The notes below the pieces were generated by a model. That model was not told the origin of the DNA. It did no database searches and saw only the letters and a program-made list of their open reading frames with translations. From contig PSMU01000002.1 in NCBI GenBank assembly GCA_040290255.1, forward strand, positions 256,001 through 320,000: a stretch of 64,000 bases of DNA, read 5' to 3'. This document shows, in pieces, positions 36,712 through 48,229 of the stretch. The translations under genes and the position numbers were made by a program. Position 1 is the first letter of the stretch; every line of letters begins with the position of its first letter. Source of the stretch: Nitrososphaerota archaeon (GTDB taxonomy: Archaea > Thermoproteota > Nitrososphaeria > PSMU01).

Positions 36712-37575
36712 TCAGCCCTCCAGGCGGTCGAAGCCCTTTAGCTGCCTGGGTATCTCCTCGATCAGGTCGGTGGGGAGGAGATGAAAGCCCAGCCTCTCGA
36801 AGCAGGCCTGTCCGCACCTCCCCACGGTGTAAGCCGCCAGCGCCGCCGCGGGGAGGGGTTCGAGGCCGCTCGCCAGAAAGGCCGCGCAGATGCCGGCCGT
36901 GACGTCACCCACGCCTCCCACGGTCAGCGCGGGCGTGCCATGATGGTCCGCCATCGTGACCCTGCCGTCCGATATGACGTCGATGGCCCCCTTGAGCAGG
37001 ATGGTCACGGCCAGCTCTGCGGCGAGCTCCTGCACCATGGCAGCCCTTTCCTCGAGGTCCTCGGGCGGGCTGCGCCCGCTGATCCTCATGAATTCCCCCG
37101 CATGAGGCGTGAGCACGGCCGTCCTTCCCCTCACCAGCTCCACGACCTCCCTCCTTAGGGCATCGCCGTCCAGGACCAGCTTGACCCCCCTAGAGGAGAG
37201 CTCCTTAACCAACAGCATTAGGCCCTCCAAAGGCTGCTCCCCCAGCCCCGGTCCCAGCACGGCCGCGTGTATGGCAGGCAGCCACTTGAGCACTCGCTTC
37301 GCCGCGCCGGGCGTCAGCTTCACGTCCGGCAAGGGATAGACGATGAGGCTGGGGCTCGTGGCACGTGCGGCCGCCTCATGAAGGCGAGGTATGGCAAGAT
37401 AGACCAGGTCGGCCCCCGTCCTGTAGGCGGCCAGCGCGGCCAAGATGGGGGCGCCGTGGAAGATCCTGCTTCCGCCCACCACCAGCACCCTGCCATGCTC
37501 GCCCTTCCTGGCCCACAGGCGCCTTGGCCTGATGTGATGCGCCACATAGGCCTCATCCACGGCCGGAAGCTCCAT
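36712..37575 (-). CDS. nnrD: ADP-dependent NAD(P)H-hydrate dehydratase
   Basis: KGEHGRVLVVGGS, GPGLG, LTPHAGEF, LKGAID, GGVGDV. Confidence 0.92.
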   Translation of the reverse strand: MELPAVDEAYVAHHIRPRRLWARKGEHGRVLVVGGSRIFHGAPILAALAAYRTGADLVYLAIPRLHEAAARATSPSLIVYPLPDVKLTPGAAKRVLKWLPAIHAAVLGPGLGEQPLEGLMLLVKELSSRGVKLVLDGDALRREVVELVRGRTAVLTPHAGEFMRISGRSPPEDLEERAAMVQELAAELAVTILLKGAIDVISDGRVTMADHHGTPALTVGGVGDVTAGICAAFLASGLEPLPAAALAAYTVGRCGQACFERLGFHLLPTDLIEEIPRQLKGFDRLEG

Positions 37576-37625
37576 GCGTAGGCGTGGGCTCGAAGGTTTT
37601 TAAGCTGAAGCGCCCTCGCTTTTTG

Positions 37626-37685
37626 GCCCAAGGGGGCGACGGGCGGTCCGACCTTAAGGGATGAGGAGGACTCCTGGCCCCGGGT
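37626..37685 (+). ncRNA. Candidate small structured RNA (imperfect hairpin with apical K-loop-like CCGA...GGGATGA)
   Basis: GC-rich non-coding stretch about 28 nt after TTTTAAG; ends can pair (GCCC..GGGG / CCCC GGGT). Strand inferred. Confidence 0.3.
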
Positions 37686-37745
37686 AAGGCATGCCATGTG
37701 CGAGCCTCTCGCAAGGCTTATAAATGAAGCACGCGGGGAGCGAGC

Positions 37746-37895
37746 GTGGTCCAGGGCTTCTGCGTCAAGGACAGGAAGAAGGTGGAGCTCAAGAACCCCC
37801 AGGAGGTCACCCTCAAGAACAAGCGCAAGGCGACCGTAGGAACCTGTCCCATCTGCGGCAGGAAGGTCTACGTCCTCGGCGGCACCAGGAAATAA
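37746..37895 (+). CDS. Small basic zinc-ribbon protein, DUF5679-like (49 aa; missing from the ORF track)
   Basis: MVQGFCVKDRKKVELKNPQEVTLKNKRKATVGTCPICGRKVYVLGGTRK; TATA TTATAAA at 37718-37724. Confidence 0.85.
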   Translation: MVQGFCVKDRKKVELKNPQEVTLKNKRKATVGTCPICGRKVYVLGGTRK

Positions 37896-37908
37896 AGGAA
37901 ATTAGGTT

Positions 37909-38283
37909 TTATTTTTGAGCCTTCAGCTCCTCTGCCTTCCTCTCGAGGAGTCCCGCGAGGTCTTGGTACGCGGGACCGAGAAGCCTAAGGTATAGGCTGA
38001 GCAGCGTGAGCTGGCGCCTCACGCGCGGCGGCTCCGATTCCTTGGCCAGCTCCAGAAGGCCCGCGCGGGTCGCAATATAGGCCCTGCCCTTGCCCTGCTG
38101 CAGTCCCCTTACCAGCCCCTTCTCCTGCAGCCTCCGAAGTAGGGGATATACGGAGCCGGGGCTGGGCCTCCACTGCTCAAGCGTGTTCGCCTGGACCCAC
38201 CTGAGCACCTCAGTCCCCGTCACGGGCCCCCTGGATGCCAGATACAGCAGCACGAACTTCAGCAGGTCCTTGGGGGCGAACAA
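37909..38283 (-). CDS. PadR family transcriptional regulator
   Basis: WRPSPGSVYPLLRRL..KGLV...Y..T..G. Confidence 0.88.
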   Translation of the reverse strand: MFAPKDLLKFVLLYLASRGPVTGTEVLRWVQANTLEQWRPSPGSVYPLLRRLQEKGLVRGLQQGKGRAYIATRAGLLELAKESEPPRVRRQLTLLSLYLRLLGPAYQDLAGLLERKAEELKAQK

Positions 38284-38285
38284 GC

Positions 38286-39227
38286 CTACTTCAGCCCGGC
38301 GAGGCCCCTGAGCACGGCCATCCAGGCCTTGGTTACATTTTCAGGCAGGTAGCCGCCGCCCCCGTAGGCCAGCAGCCGCCCGCCGGCCCTTTCATGGGAG
38401 AAGCGGTGCAGGTATGATGCCACCCGCTCATGTACCCTAAAGCTGTACCTGAGATGAGTGAGCGGATCTCCCTCCAGGCCGTCGGCGCCGGCCTGCATGA
38501 GCACTAAGTCAGGCCTGATGCCCTCCAGGAACTCCCTGGCCCTCTCGAGGGCCTGAAAGAAGGCCTCATCGCCCGCCCCTGGCGAGAGGGGGATGTTGAG
38601 CTTCGTGCCGTGGGCCCGCCCTTCGCCCCTCTCATGAGGGAAGCCCGTGCCGGGGTATAGGAACCTGCCATCCTCGTGCACGTCCAGGATCCAGACGTGC
38701 GGGTCGTGCTCGTATTCGTAGAAGACCCCATCGCCGTGATGGGCATCGATGTCCACGTAGAGGATATCGCGAAGGCCCCTTCGCCTCGCCGCTTCGATCA
38801 CGACGCCCACATCGTTGAAGACGCAGAAACCTGCCGCGGCGGCGCGACGCGCGTGATGAAGTCCGCCTATGGGGTTAAAGCCGTGGTCCGCCGCGCCCGT
38901 AAGGATCAAGTCCAGCAGCGAGAGCGAAGAGCCCACCACATAAGAGGCGGCCTCGTAGATGCCCCTGAAGGCGGGCGTATCGCCCTGGTCCAGATAGCCC
39001 CTGCCTCTGCGAGAGGCGAGCTTAACGTATTCTACGTAAGAGGGGTCGTGAAAGAGCGCGAGCTCCTCTTCGCTGGCCCTCCTGGGCCGCACCTGGATGA
39101 CCCGAAGGCCCGCCTCTGAAAAGAGGGCCCTGCGAAAGGCCTCGTACCTCTCGGCCGAGAAGGGATGAGGCGGAGGGAAATGGTAGCTGGCCAATTCCTC
39201 CCCCAACGCCACGGCTACCCTGCACAC
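38286..39227 (-). CDS. Histone deacetylase/AcuC family deacetylase
   Basis: GGLHHA, GFCVFND, DIDAHHGDG, GADGL..DP, GGGGY. Confidence 0.93.
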   Translation of the reverse strand: MCRVAVALGEELASYHFPPPHPFSAERYEAFRRALFSEAGLRVIQVRPRRASEEELALFHDPSYVEYVKLASRRGRGYLDQGDTPAFRGIYEAASYVVGSSLSLLDLILTGAADHGFNPIGGLHHARRAAAAGFCVFNDVGVVIEAARRRGLRDILYVDIDAHHGDGVFYEYEHDPHVWILDVHEDGRFLYPGTGFPHERGEGRAHGTKLNIPLSPGAGDEAFFQALERAREFLEGIRPDLVLMQAGADGLEGDPLTHLRYSFRVHERVASYLHRFSHERAGGRLLAYGGGGYLPENVTKAWMAVLRGLAGLK

Positions 39228-39251
39228 GGCCCGTAGGGAGGCCGAGCGCCT

Positions 39252-40388
39252 TTAACCGTTGCTGGCCTCAGGCCCCGGAGGGCACGAGTAAAGCCTCGAC
39301 AGGCGGCGCAGCAGCTCGCGCTTGTTCGCTGCATCCAATTCACAGCCCTCCGCGGCATTCCTGAGAAATTGCGCCGCCTCCTCCATGAGCCTGCGCCGGA
39401 CCGGGAAGGGGACTCCATCCTTCCCGCCGTGGGCAAAGCTGAACTTAACGGGGTCCTGCCAGGAAGGGGGAGTGCCGTAAATGAGCTCCGAGGCCAGCGC
39501 CAGGCTCCTCAGGAGCGAGGGCCCCACGCCCTCGACCTCCACGAGCGCTTCATAAGAAGAGAGGCCCATCTCGTAGAGCCTCCTGAGGAGAGGCCAGTTC
39601 AGCCTGCGGGGGAGCTCGTAACCCGCTGGCGCCTGGGCATAGGCTAGGCCGCTGGGCTCCTGCAGGAGCCCCTGGCCCCTGGCCAGCTGTAACGCCTGGA
39701 GGATGCGCTGAGGGCACAAGCGCAGCAGTTCCAGCTGGCAGACCTTGTTATCGCGGGAGAGCCTAGAGGTTAGGTTCAGGACAGGACGCTGCTCCAGAGC
39801 CCCCACGGCCGCAGCATGAGGCTCCTCCGTAAATTCATTCACAAAGCGCGAGAGCCAGTGATACCGCCTTGCCCTGCGCTCCGACGCGTTGATGCCCTGC
39901 TGAACGATGGCCCATGCTTCGCTTTCGGTGAAGAAGAGCGCCTGATGGTAGATGGGATAGCCGGCCTGGATGAGCGCGGTGTCCACCTTGGCCACCATCC
40001 TGCTGACCCTAGAAAGCCGGGCCGCCAGGCCTGGGTCTAGGCCCTCGCGGGATGTCAAGGCCTTGAGCTGCTCCGGGATAAGAAGGGAGGCCCTGCCCTT
40101 GCCCCCCACCCCCCAGGCTCCTAACCCCAGCTCGTTCAGCGTGTCCCTCAGCACGGCCGTGGTGACCGTCGTCAGGCCAGACGAGTGCCAGTCATAGCCC
40201 AGCAGGCAGCCCAAGGCCTGAAGCCAGTAGGGGTTCGCGAGGCGATCCAGCAGCTGCTGAGGACCGAAGTCCTCCAGGATGAGCCTAACGAGGGGCTTGG
40301 CCAAGGCCCTCATCCTGAGCACGAGCCATCGCGGCGCCCTGCCCAAGTGAAGGGGCAGCGTCACCTCGCCCGTCTTGGCCCGCCACAT
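39252..40388 (-). CDS. DUF763 family protein
   Basis: LPLH.G.AP.WL, DWHSSGLTT, RRYHW, FSFAHGGKDGVPFPV. Confidence 0.9.
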   Translation of the reverse strand: MWRAKTGEVTLPLHLGRAPRWLVLRMRALAKPLVRLILEDFGPQQLLDRLANPYWLQALGCLLGYDWHSSGLTTVTTAVLRDTLNELGLGAWGVGGKGRASLLIPEQLKALTSREGLDPGLAARLSRVSRMVAKVDTALIQAGYPIYHQALFFTESEAWAIVQQGINASERRARRYHWLSRFVNEFTEEPHAAAVGALEQRPVLNLTSRLSRDNKVCQLELLRLCPQRILQALQLARGQGLLQEPSGLAYAQAPAGYELPRRLNWPLLRRLYEMGLSSYEALVEVEGVGPSLLRSLALASELIYGTPPSWQDPVKFSFAHGGKDGVPFPVRRRLMEEAAQFLRNAAEGCELDAANKRELLRRLSRLYSCPPGPEASNG

Positions 40389-40429
40389 GCGGCAAAGCTT
40401 TTTAACGCGGAGGGCCTTAAAAGGCTGTC

Positions 40430-41998
40430 TTGTCCTCGCCCAAGGTCACGTACGTTTCTCTGATGGCCGATGAATCCATTCACCCGCGCTATGAAAAGGG
40501 CCTGGAGCAGATAGAGCGTGAGCTGGGCCTCCGCCATCCCTTTTACGTGGGCGGCGAGGAGGTCTGGAGCACACGGCAGTTCTCCAAGACCTCGCCGCTG
40601 GACACCTCGATAAAGATAGGGGACTTCCAGGTGGGCGCGAAGGAGCACGTGCTAAGGGCCATAGCGATGGCCAAGGAGGCCTTTAGGGACTGGGCCGGCC
40701 GAGCCTGGAGCGACAGGGTAGCAATAATTCGGCGCGCCGCCGAGCTGCTCGAGAGCGACATGTACCGCCTCGCGGCGCTCATAACCTACGAGGTGGGCAA
40801 GAATAGGTATGAGGCGCTGGCGGAGGTCGGCGAAGCCATCGACATGCTTCGATATTATGCGGAGGTCTACGAGGAGAACCAGGGGTATGTCAGGGCCATG
40901 AGGCCAGGAGCGCCGGGGGAGCAGACTAGGAGCGTCCTTAGGCCCTATGGCGTGTGGGCGGTGATCTCGCCCTTCAACTTCCCCATCGCTTTAGCGGCCG
41001 GCATGATCTCTGGCGCGCTGCTCACGGGCAACACGGTCGTCTTCAAGCCCACCAGCGAGGCCCCGCTTTCAGGCCTCAAGCTCTACGAAGCCTTCAGGAG
41101 GGCGGGTGTGCCCGAGGGCGCGCTGCATGTCCTCACCGGCCCAGGGGACTTCTTCGGCGAGGTAGTCGTCAGGCATCCTGACGTGATGGGCATCGCCTTC
41201 ACGGGCTCCAGGGCCGTGGGCATGAGCCTTTACAGGAGCTTCACCGCCAGCCAGCCATTTCCTAAGCCCTTCATAGCGGAGATGGGCAGCAAGAACCCGG
41301 TCATCGTCACCAGCAAGGCGGACCTCGATAAGGCCGTGGAGGGCACCGTGCGGGCCGCCTTCGGTTACGGCGGGCAGAAGTGCTCCGCCGCCTCGAGGCT
41401 CTATGTGGAGGCCTCCATCTATACCGAATTCCTTGAGAGGCTCGTAAGGCGCACGAGGGAGCTTAGGGTGGGCGACCCGAGGAGGAGGGAGACCTTCCTG
41501 GGGCCCGTCATAAACCGGGCCGCGGTCCAGCGCTACCAAGAGGCGGTGGGCCAGGCCGTAAGCGATGGGGGCAGGGTCGAGGTGGGGGGGAAGGTGCTCA
41601 GCGCAGGGGAGTTCGCCCGAGGCTACTACGTCGAGCCCACGATCATTACGGGCCTGGCGCCCGAGCACAGGCTCTTCAAGGAGGAGCTCTTCGTGCCGCT
41701 GCTCGTCGCGACGAGGTTCTCAACACTCGAGGAGGCGCTCAGAATGGCCAACGATACGGATTACGGCCTCACGGCCGGCATCTTCAGCGAGGATGAACGC
41801 GAGGTTAACTTCTTCTTCGAGAGGATCGAGTTCGGCGTCGTCTACGCCAACAGGCGAGGGGGGGCCACCACGGGCGCGTGGCCAGGCGCGCAGTCCTTTG
41901 GAGGCTGGAAGGCCAGCGGCTCGACGGGAAGAGGGGTCGGGGGCCCCTATTACCTGCTTACCTTTCTCCGCGAGCAGGCGCAGACAACGGTAAGGTAG
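40430..41998 (+). CDS. Aldehyde dehydrogenase, 1-pyrroline-5-carboxylate dehydrogenase type
   Basis: ISPFNFP, FTGS, AEMGSKN, GQKCSAASR, GAWPGAQSFGGWKASG. Confidence 0.88.
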   Translation: MSSPKVTYVSLMADESIHPRYEKGLEQIERELGLRHPFYVGGEEVWSTRQFSKTSPLDTSIKIGDFQVGAKEHVLRAIAMAKEAFRDWAGRAWSDRVAIIRRAAELLESDMYRLAALITYEVGKNRYEALAEVGEAIDMLRYYAEVYEENQGYVRAMRPGAPGEQTRSVLRPYGVWAVISPFNFPIALAAGMISGALLTGNTVVFKPTSEAPLSGLKLYEAFRRAGVPEGALHVLTGPGDFFGEVVVRHPDVMGIAFTGSRAVGMSLYRSFTASQPFPKPFIAEMGSKNPVIVTSKADLDKAVEGTVRAAFGYGGQKCSAASRLYVEASIYTEFLERLVRRTRELRVGDPRRRETFLGPVINRAAVQRYQEAVGQAVSDGGRVEVGGKVLSAGEFARGYYVEPTIITGLAPEHRLFKEELFVPLLVATRFSTLEEALRMANDTDYGLTAGIFSEDEREVNFFFERIEFGVVYANRRGGATTGAWPGAQSFGGWKASGSTGRGVGGPYYLLTFLREQAQTTVR

Positions 41999-42006
41999 CG
42001 CGGGGC

Positions 42007-42426
42007 TTGAGCGAACAGGCCCGGGAGCGCGAGGATGAGATCTATGCCGACAGGATAGCGATGATGTACAGGGCCATCCTTGAGGGCGGGACCCAGGGGA
42101 TCGCGCAGAGCGACGCCTGGAAGAAGCTGAACCTGACGAGCAGGGAGGGCTCGAGGATCGCGATAAGGCTCGAAAGGAGGGGGCTGATAAGGAGGGAGCG
42201 CGTGGTAAAGGACGGCAGGTGGACCTACGTGCTCATCCCGCTGGTCAAGCCCCTGGCCTTCAGCTCGATAGAATCGGCCCCCTGCCTGACCTGCAGGTTC
42301 GAGACCATCTGCCGCCCCGGGGCGGACATAAACCCCATCAACTGTCCTCCGGATAAGGAGGGAAGGGGGATCGGCAGCTGGGCCCTGGCCGAGTGGAGGG
42401 CGGCGAGGCAGGCGCAGGGCGCCTGA
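42007..42426 (+). CDS. Transcription factor E beta / RPC34(C39)-like protein (WH plus Fe-S domain)
   Basis: GIAQSDAWKKLNLTSREGSR..RLE..GLI winged helix; PCLTC...C...P..C; TTG start at 42007. Confidence 0.8.
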   Translation: MSEQAREREDEIYADRIAMMYRAILEGGTQGIAQSDAWKKLNLTSREGSRIAIRLERRGLIRRERVVKDGRWTYVLIPLVKPLAFSSIESAPCLTCRFETICRPGADINPINCPPDKEGRGIGSWALAEWRAARQAQGA

Positions 42427-42480
42427 TCAATAGCCTCACACGTCGCGGTTGGCGCCAGGGCGCCCAAACGCCTCTTGTGC

Positions 42481-45391
<2,911 letters not shown>

Positions 45392-45419
45392 ACTCGTGGT
45401 GAAGGTCAGCGCGGCGCGT

Positions 45420-45478
45420 GATAAATGCTTCCTTTTTATTTTCTTTACATCTATGTATACCGAAGCATATTTATTTAT
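45420..45478. promoter_or_regulatory. AT-rich divergent promoter with central palindrome TACAT-CT-ATGTA
   Basis: Palindrome at 45446-45457, flanked by the inverted pair ATGCTTC (45425-31) / GAAGCAT (45462-68), each followed outward by TTTAT. Confidence 0.55.
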
Positions 45479-45496
45479 CCTCCGGCTTCAGCGCAC

Positions 45497-46519
45497 ATGC
45501 TGGCCGAAAGGAGAAAGGTGCAGCAGGTGGGCAAGGCCACCATAAGCGTGAGCCTGCCCAAGGCCTGGGTGAACAGGAGGGGCATCAAGAAAGGGGATTA
45601 TGTCCTCGTCTCCGAGCAGCTGGACGGCTCGCTAAGGCTGGACCTAGATTCGCCCCCCAGGGCCGCGCCCGCCATGGTGCTCGAGGCGTCTAGGTTTCCC
45701 TCCGCCTACGCTTTAACTCAGGCGCTGCTCAGCTGGTATATGCTGGGATACGATGAAGTCACGGTCAGCGGGGCGCTCACGGATGAGCTGCTCTCGGCCA
45801 TTCACTCCCTGGCCAAGAGGTTGAGGGGGGTCGAGGCCGTGCATGTCACCCCTGCGAAGGTCGTGCTGCAGAGCTTCCTGGAGGAGAGCAGGTATCCCGT
45901 GGATGCCCTGCTCTCCAGGCTTCTTTCGCTCATCTCGAGCATGATTCAGTACCTGCTGAACGCGGTCAAGGAGGCCAAGCCCGAATACCTGAACGAGGTT
46001 TCGAGGCTGAGGGGCGATGCCGAGGAGCTGTACTGGTTGATAGTCAGGCAGCTGCTGCTCGCGCTGAGAAGGCCGGAGCTGGCGGCAAAGCTAAGAATTG
46101 ACTCACCCCTGCATGCCACGGGAAACCGCCTCATAGCGCGCTCGCTTCTGCGCGCCGCCCTGTTGCTGGACGCATGCGCTGAGCTGATCTTTCAGCCAAT
46201 AGCAGCACGGCGCTGGGGGGCCGGGCAAATCGAGGGGCTCGCCCAGCTGCTGGCGCTGGCCGGGGAGCTGCTGAGGCTGGCCACCTCCTTTTTGGATAGG
46301 GCGGACCTCCCGAGCTTCCTGGCCTACTATAGCAAGCTGGAGCAGATGGCCCAGCTGGCTGAAAGGCTCACCCAGGAGCTGGGGGGCCTTGACCTTAAGG
46401 GGGCCAGAAGTTACCTGCTCGCCGTGGAGCGGCTCTCGGCCCTGGCCCGGCTGGCCGAGGACGTGGCCGAGGTGGCCATCCACAGGCTAATAAGGCGAAT
46501 GGGCGGCTCGAGCGCCTAA
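45497..46519 (+). CDS. AbrB/MazE-domain PhoU-family regulator
   Basis: RKVQQVG...VSLPKAWV...IKKGD, Y..GYD, helical PhoU repeats. Confidence 0.88.
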   Translation: MLAERRKVQQVGKATISVSLPKAWVNRRGIKKGDYVLVSEQLDGSLRLDLDSPPRAAPAMVLEASRFPSAYALTQALLSWYMLGYDEVTVSGALTDELLSAIHSLAKRLRGVEAVHVTPAKVVLQSFLEESRYPVDALLSRLLSLISSMIQYLLNAVKEAKPEYLNEVSRLRGDAEELYWLIVRQLLLALRRPELAAKLRIDSPLHATGNRLIARSLLRAALLLDACAELIFQPIAARRWGAGQIEGLAQLLALAGELLRLATSFLDRADLPSFLAYYSKLEQMAQLAERLTQELGGLDLKGARSYLLAVERLSALARLAEDVAEVAIHRLIRRMGGSSA

Positions 46520-46875
46520 TCCCTCTCGACCGTGCACCACTTCCCCTCCCCCTCATAGAAGGTCACCCTGGTCACCTTCAGCGACTTCGAGAGCTCATCG
46601 AAGATCCACCTGCAGATGTTCTCGGAGGTAGGATACTCGAACAGTTCATTGAGGTTTCTGTGGTCGAGCGTATCGAGCACGCGCCTGACCTGCTCCTTCA
46701 GCTCCTTGTAGTCTAGGACCATGTGGGCCCTGTAGCCCTCACCCCTGCCCAGGCTCCCCTCCACTTCCACGATGATCCTGGCGGTGTGTCCGTGATCTCT
46801 CCCGCAGGTAGGATGGCCCTCCAGCTTGTGGGCATAGTCGATGCTGAACTCCATGCCCAGCCTAATCGTGCCCAT
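46516..46875 (-). CDS. queD: 6-carboxytetrahydropterin synthase / PTPS family
   Basis: AHKL, CGRDHGH, LDHRNLN, PTSEN. Confidence 0.88.
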   Translation of the reverse strand: MGTIRLGMEFSIDYAHKLEGHPTCGRDHGHTARIIVEVEGSLGRGEGYRAHMVLDYKELKEQVRRVLDTLDHRNLNELFEYPTSENICRWIFDELSKSLKVTRVTFYEGEGKWCTVERD

Positions 46876-47662
46876 CCCCCAGCTCCCTCACGATCTCGGC
46901 CCAGGCGTTGTGCTTATGTATCGATTCGAGCGCCTCCACGATCACCCTCAGGCGCCCCTTAAGCCCCCTTTGCCTGGCCAGCTTGAGACATTCGCGGGCC
47001 ACGTCCTCCACGAACATGGGGCGCTGATACATGCGCTTCACCAGCTGAACCTCATCGGAGGCCTTGAGCAGCGTGAGGCTGGGAGCGCTGAGCGCCTCCT
47101 CCGCGATCTCCACCAGCTCCTCGAGCTTGGGCAGCGCGTCGGACGAGGTTACCTTGAGGTAGACCGAGGCCCTCTGGGAATGGGCCATGCCGCCGGTGCT
47201 CTCCAGGCTGTGGGGGCAGAGCGTGCTGCCCACGACCTTTACGGCCAGCGAGCATAGTGGCTTGCCATCCCTAAGCAGCACCTCACATGTCACGTCATAG
47301 GGCTCGAATGAGCTGCGATGCGTCGATGGCGTAGACCTCCTGAGAAGGACGCTGCCCCTGAGCAGGACCCTTCCCTGCCTATACCTATGCCTCCTCTGCA
47401 GCAGGCGCAGGGCGAGTATCCCAAACTCGGGAAGGGAGCGATAGGCCTGCTCCGCGGCTTCATAGAGGCTCTCGGTGAGCCTCGACATGTGGACGCCCTT
47501 CTTGTCGCCGTCCAGGTCTATAAAGAGCGAAGCCTCCCAGAGCACGCACTGGCTCAGGCCCCCTAAGTCTACGCGAAGGGGCAGCGCTATTCCCTTCACG
47601 CCCACCCTATCGAGGACCTCCTTCACCTCTGGCATGCGGTCCTGAGTTGCGCTTAGGGTCAT
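46862..47662 (-). CDS. folE2: GTP cyclohydrolase, FolE2/MptA family
   Basis: KGVHMSR, LCPHS, AHSQR, PMFVED, ESIHKHNA. Confidence 0.88.
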   Translation of the reverse strand: MTLSATQDRMPEVKEVLDRVGVKGIALPLRVDLGGLSQCVLWEASLFIDLDGDKKGVHMSRLTESLYEAAEQAYRSLPEFGILALRLLQRRHRYRQGRVLLRGSVLLRRSTPSTHRSSFEPYDVTCEVLLRDGKPLCSLAVKVVGSTLCPHSLESTGGMAHSQRASVYLKVTSSDALPKLEELVEIAEEALSAPSLTLLKASDEVQLVKRMYQRPMFVEDVARECLKLARQRGLKGRLRVIVEALESIHKHNAWAEIVRELGDGHD

Positions 47663-47706
47663 TGACGCGGGCTCGCGCCGCCGCCGACTTTAAAGGCTTT
47701 GCACGC

Positions 47707-48228
47707 TCAGCTAAGGCGCTGCGCCGCCAGGCGCCTCAGGCGCTCAAAGTCATAAACACCGCGGAACCTGCTCAGCAGGAGCTCAAGGTAAAAGCGGACC
47801 TCCTCTTCGGACATATACTGAAACATGTATTCGCCCGAGTAAGGATAGGGCTCGCCCAGGCGCTGCACGAATTCTATATGCATAAAGGGGTCGTCGTGCC
47901 TGATGGTGATGGGCGCCCTGTCGTTGTTCAGGTTCACCACTTCGAGCGCTAGCCTGCCGACGAAACCGCTGTGTACCTTTGCCGCGTTCAGGAAGCTGAG
48001 GCCCATCCTGCCGAACCTGCTCTTCGCCGTAAGATGCGCTACATATCCAGGTGGTACGAAGACCACCTCCTTGGTCGTGAGGTTCTTATGCTCCAAATAA
48101 CGAAGGCTCACGTCCTCCCTTACCGTAAGCACATAGCTGTCCCCATCCAGGAGCGAGGGGCTGAACGGCCTAATTGCGTGCAGCTCTCTTATGAGCTTCT
48201 CGAGCTCGGCCCTGCCCAGGACGCACAT
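47707..48228 (-). CDS. dCTP deaminase/dUTPase superfamily protein
   Basis: KSRFGRMGL, VHSGFVGRLALEVVN, PYSGEY..Q. Confidence 0.75.
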   Translation of the reverse strand: MCVLGRAELEKLIRELHAIRPFSPSLLDGDSYVLTVREDVSLRYLEHKNLTTKEVVFVPPGYVAHLTAKSRFGRMGLSFLNAAKVHSGFVGRLALEVVNLNNDRAPITIRHDDPFMHIEFVQRLGEPYPYSGEYMFQYMSEEEVRFYLELLLSRFRGVYDFERLRRLAAQRLS

Positions 48229-48229
48229 C

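Noticed and set aside
37626-37720. Complete RNase P RNA or fluoride riboswitch
   Set aside because: The GAGGAA core is imperfect and there is no 3' P4/P1 strand. The riboswitch pseudoknot partner and a fluoride-related downstream gene are absent.
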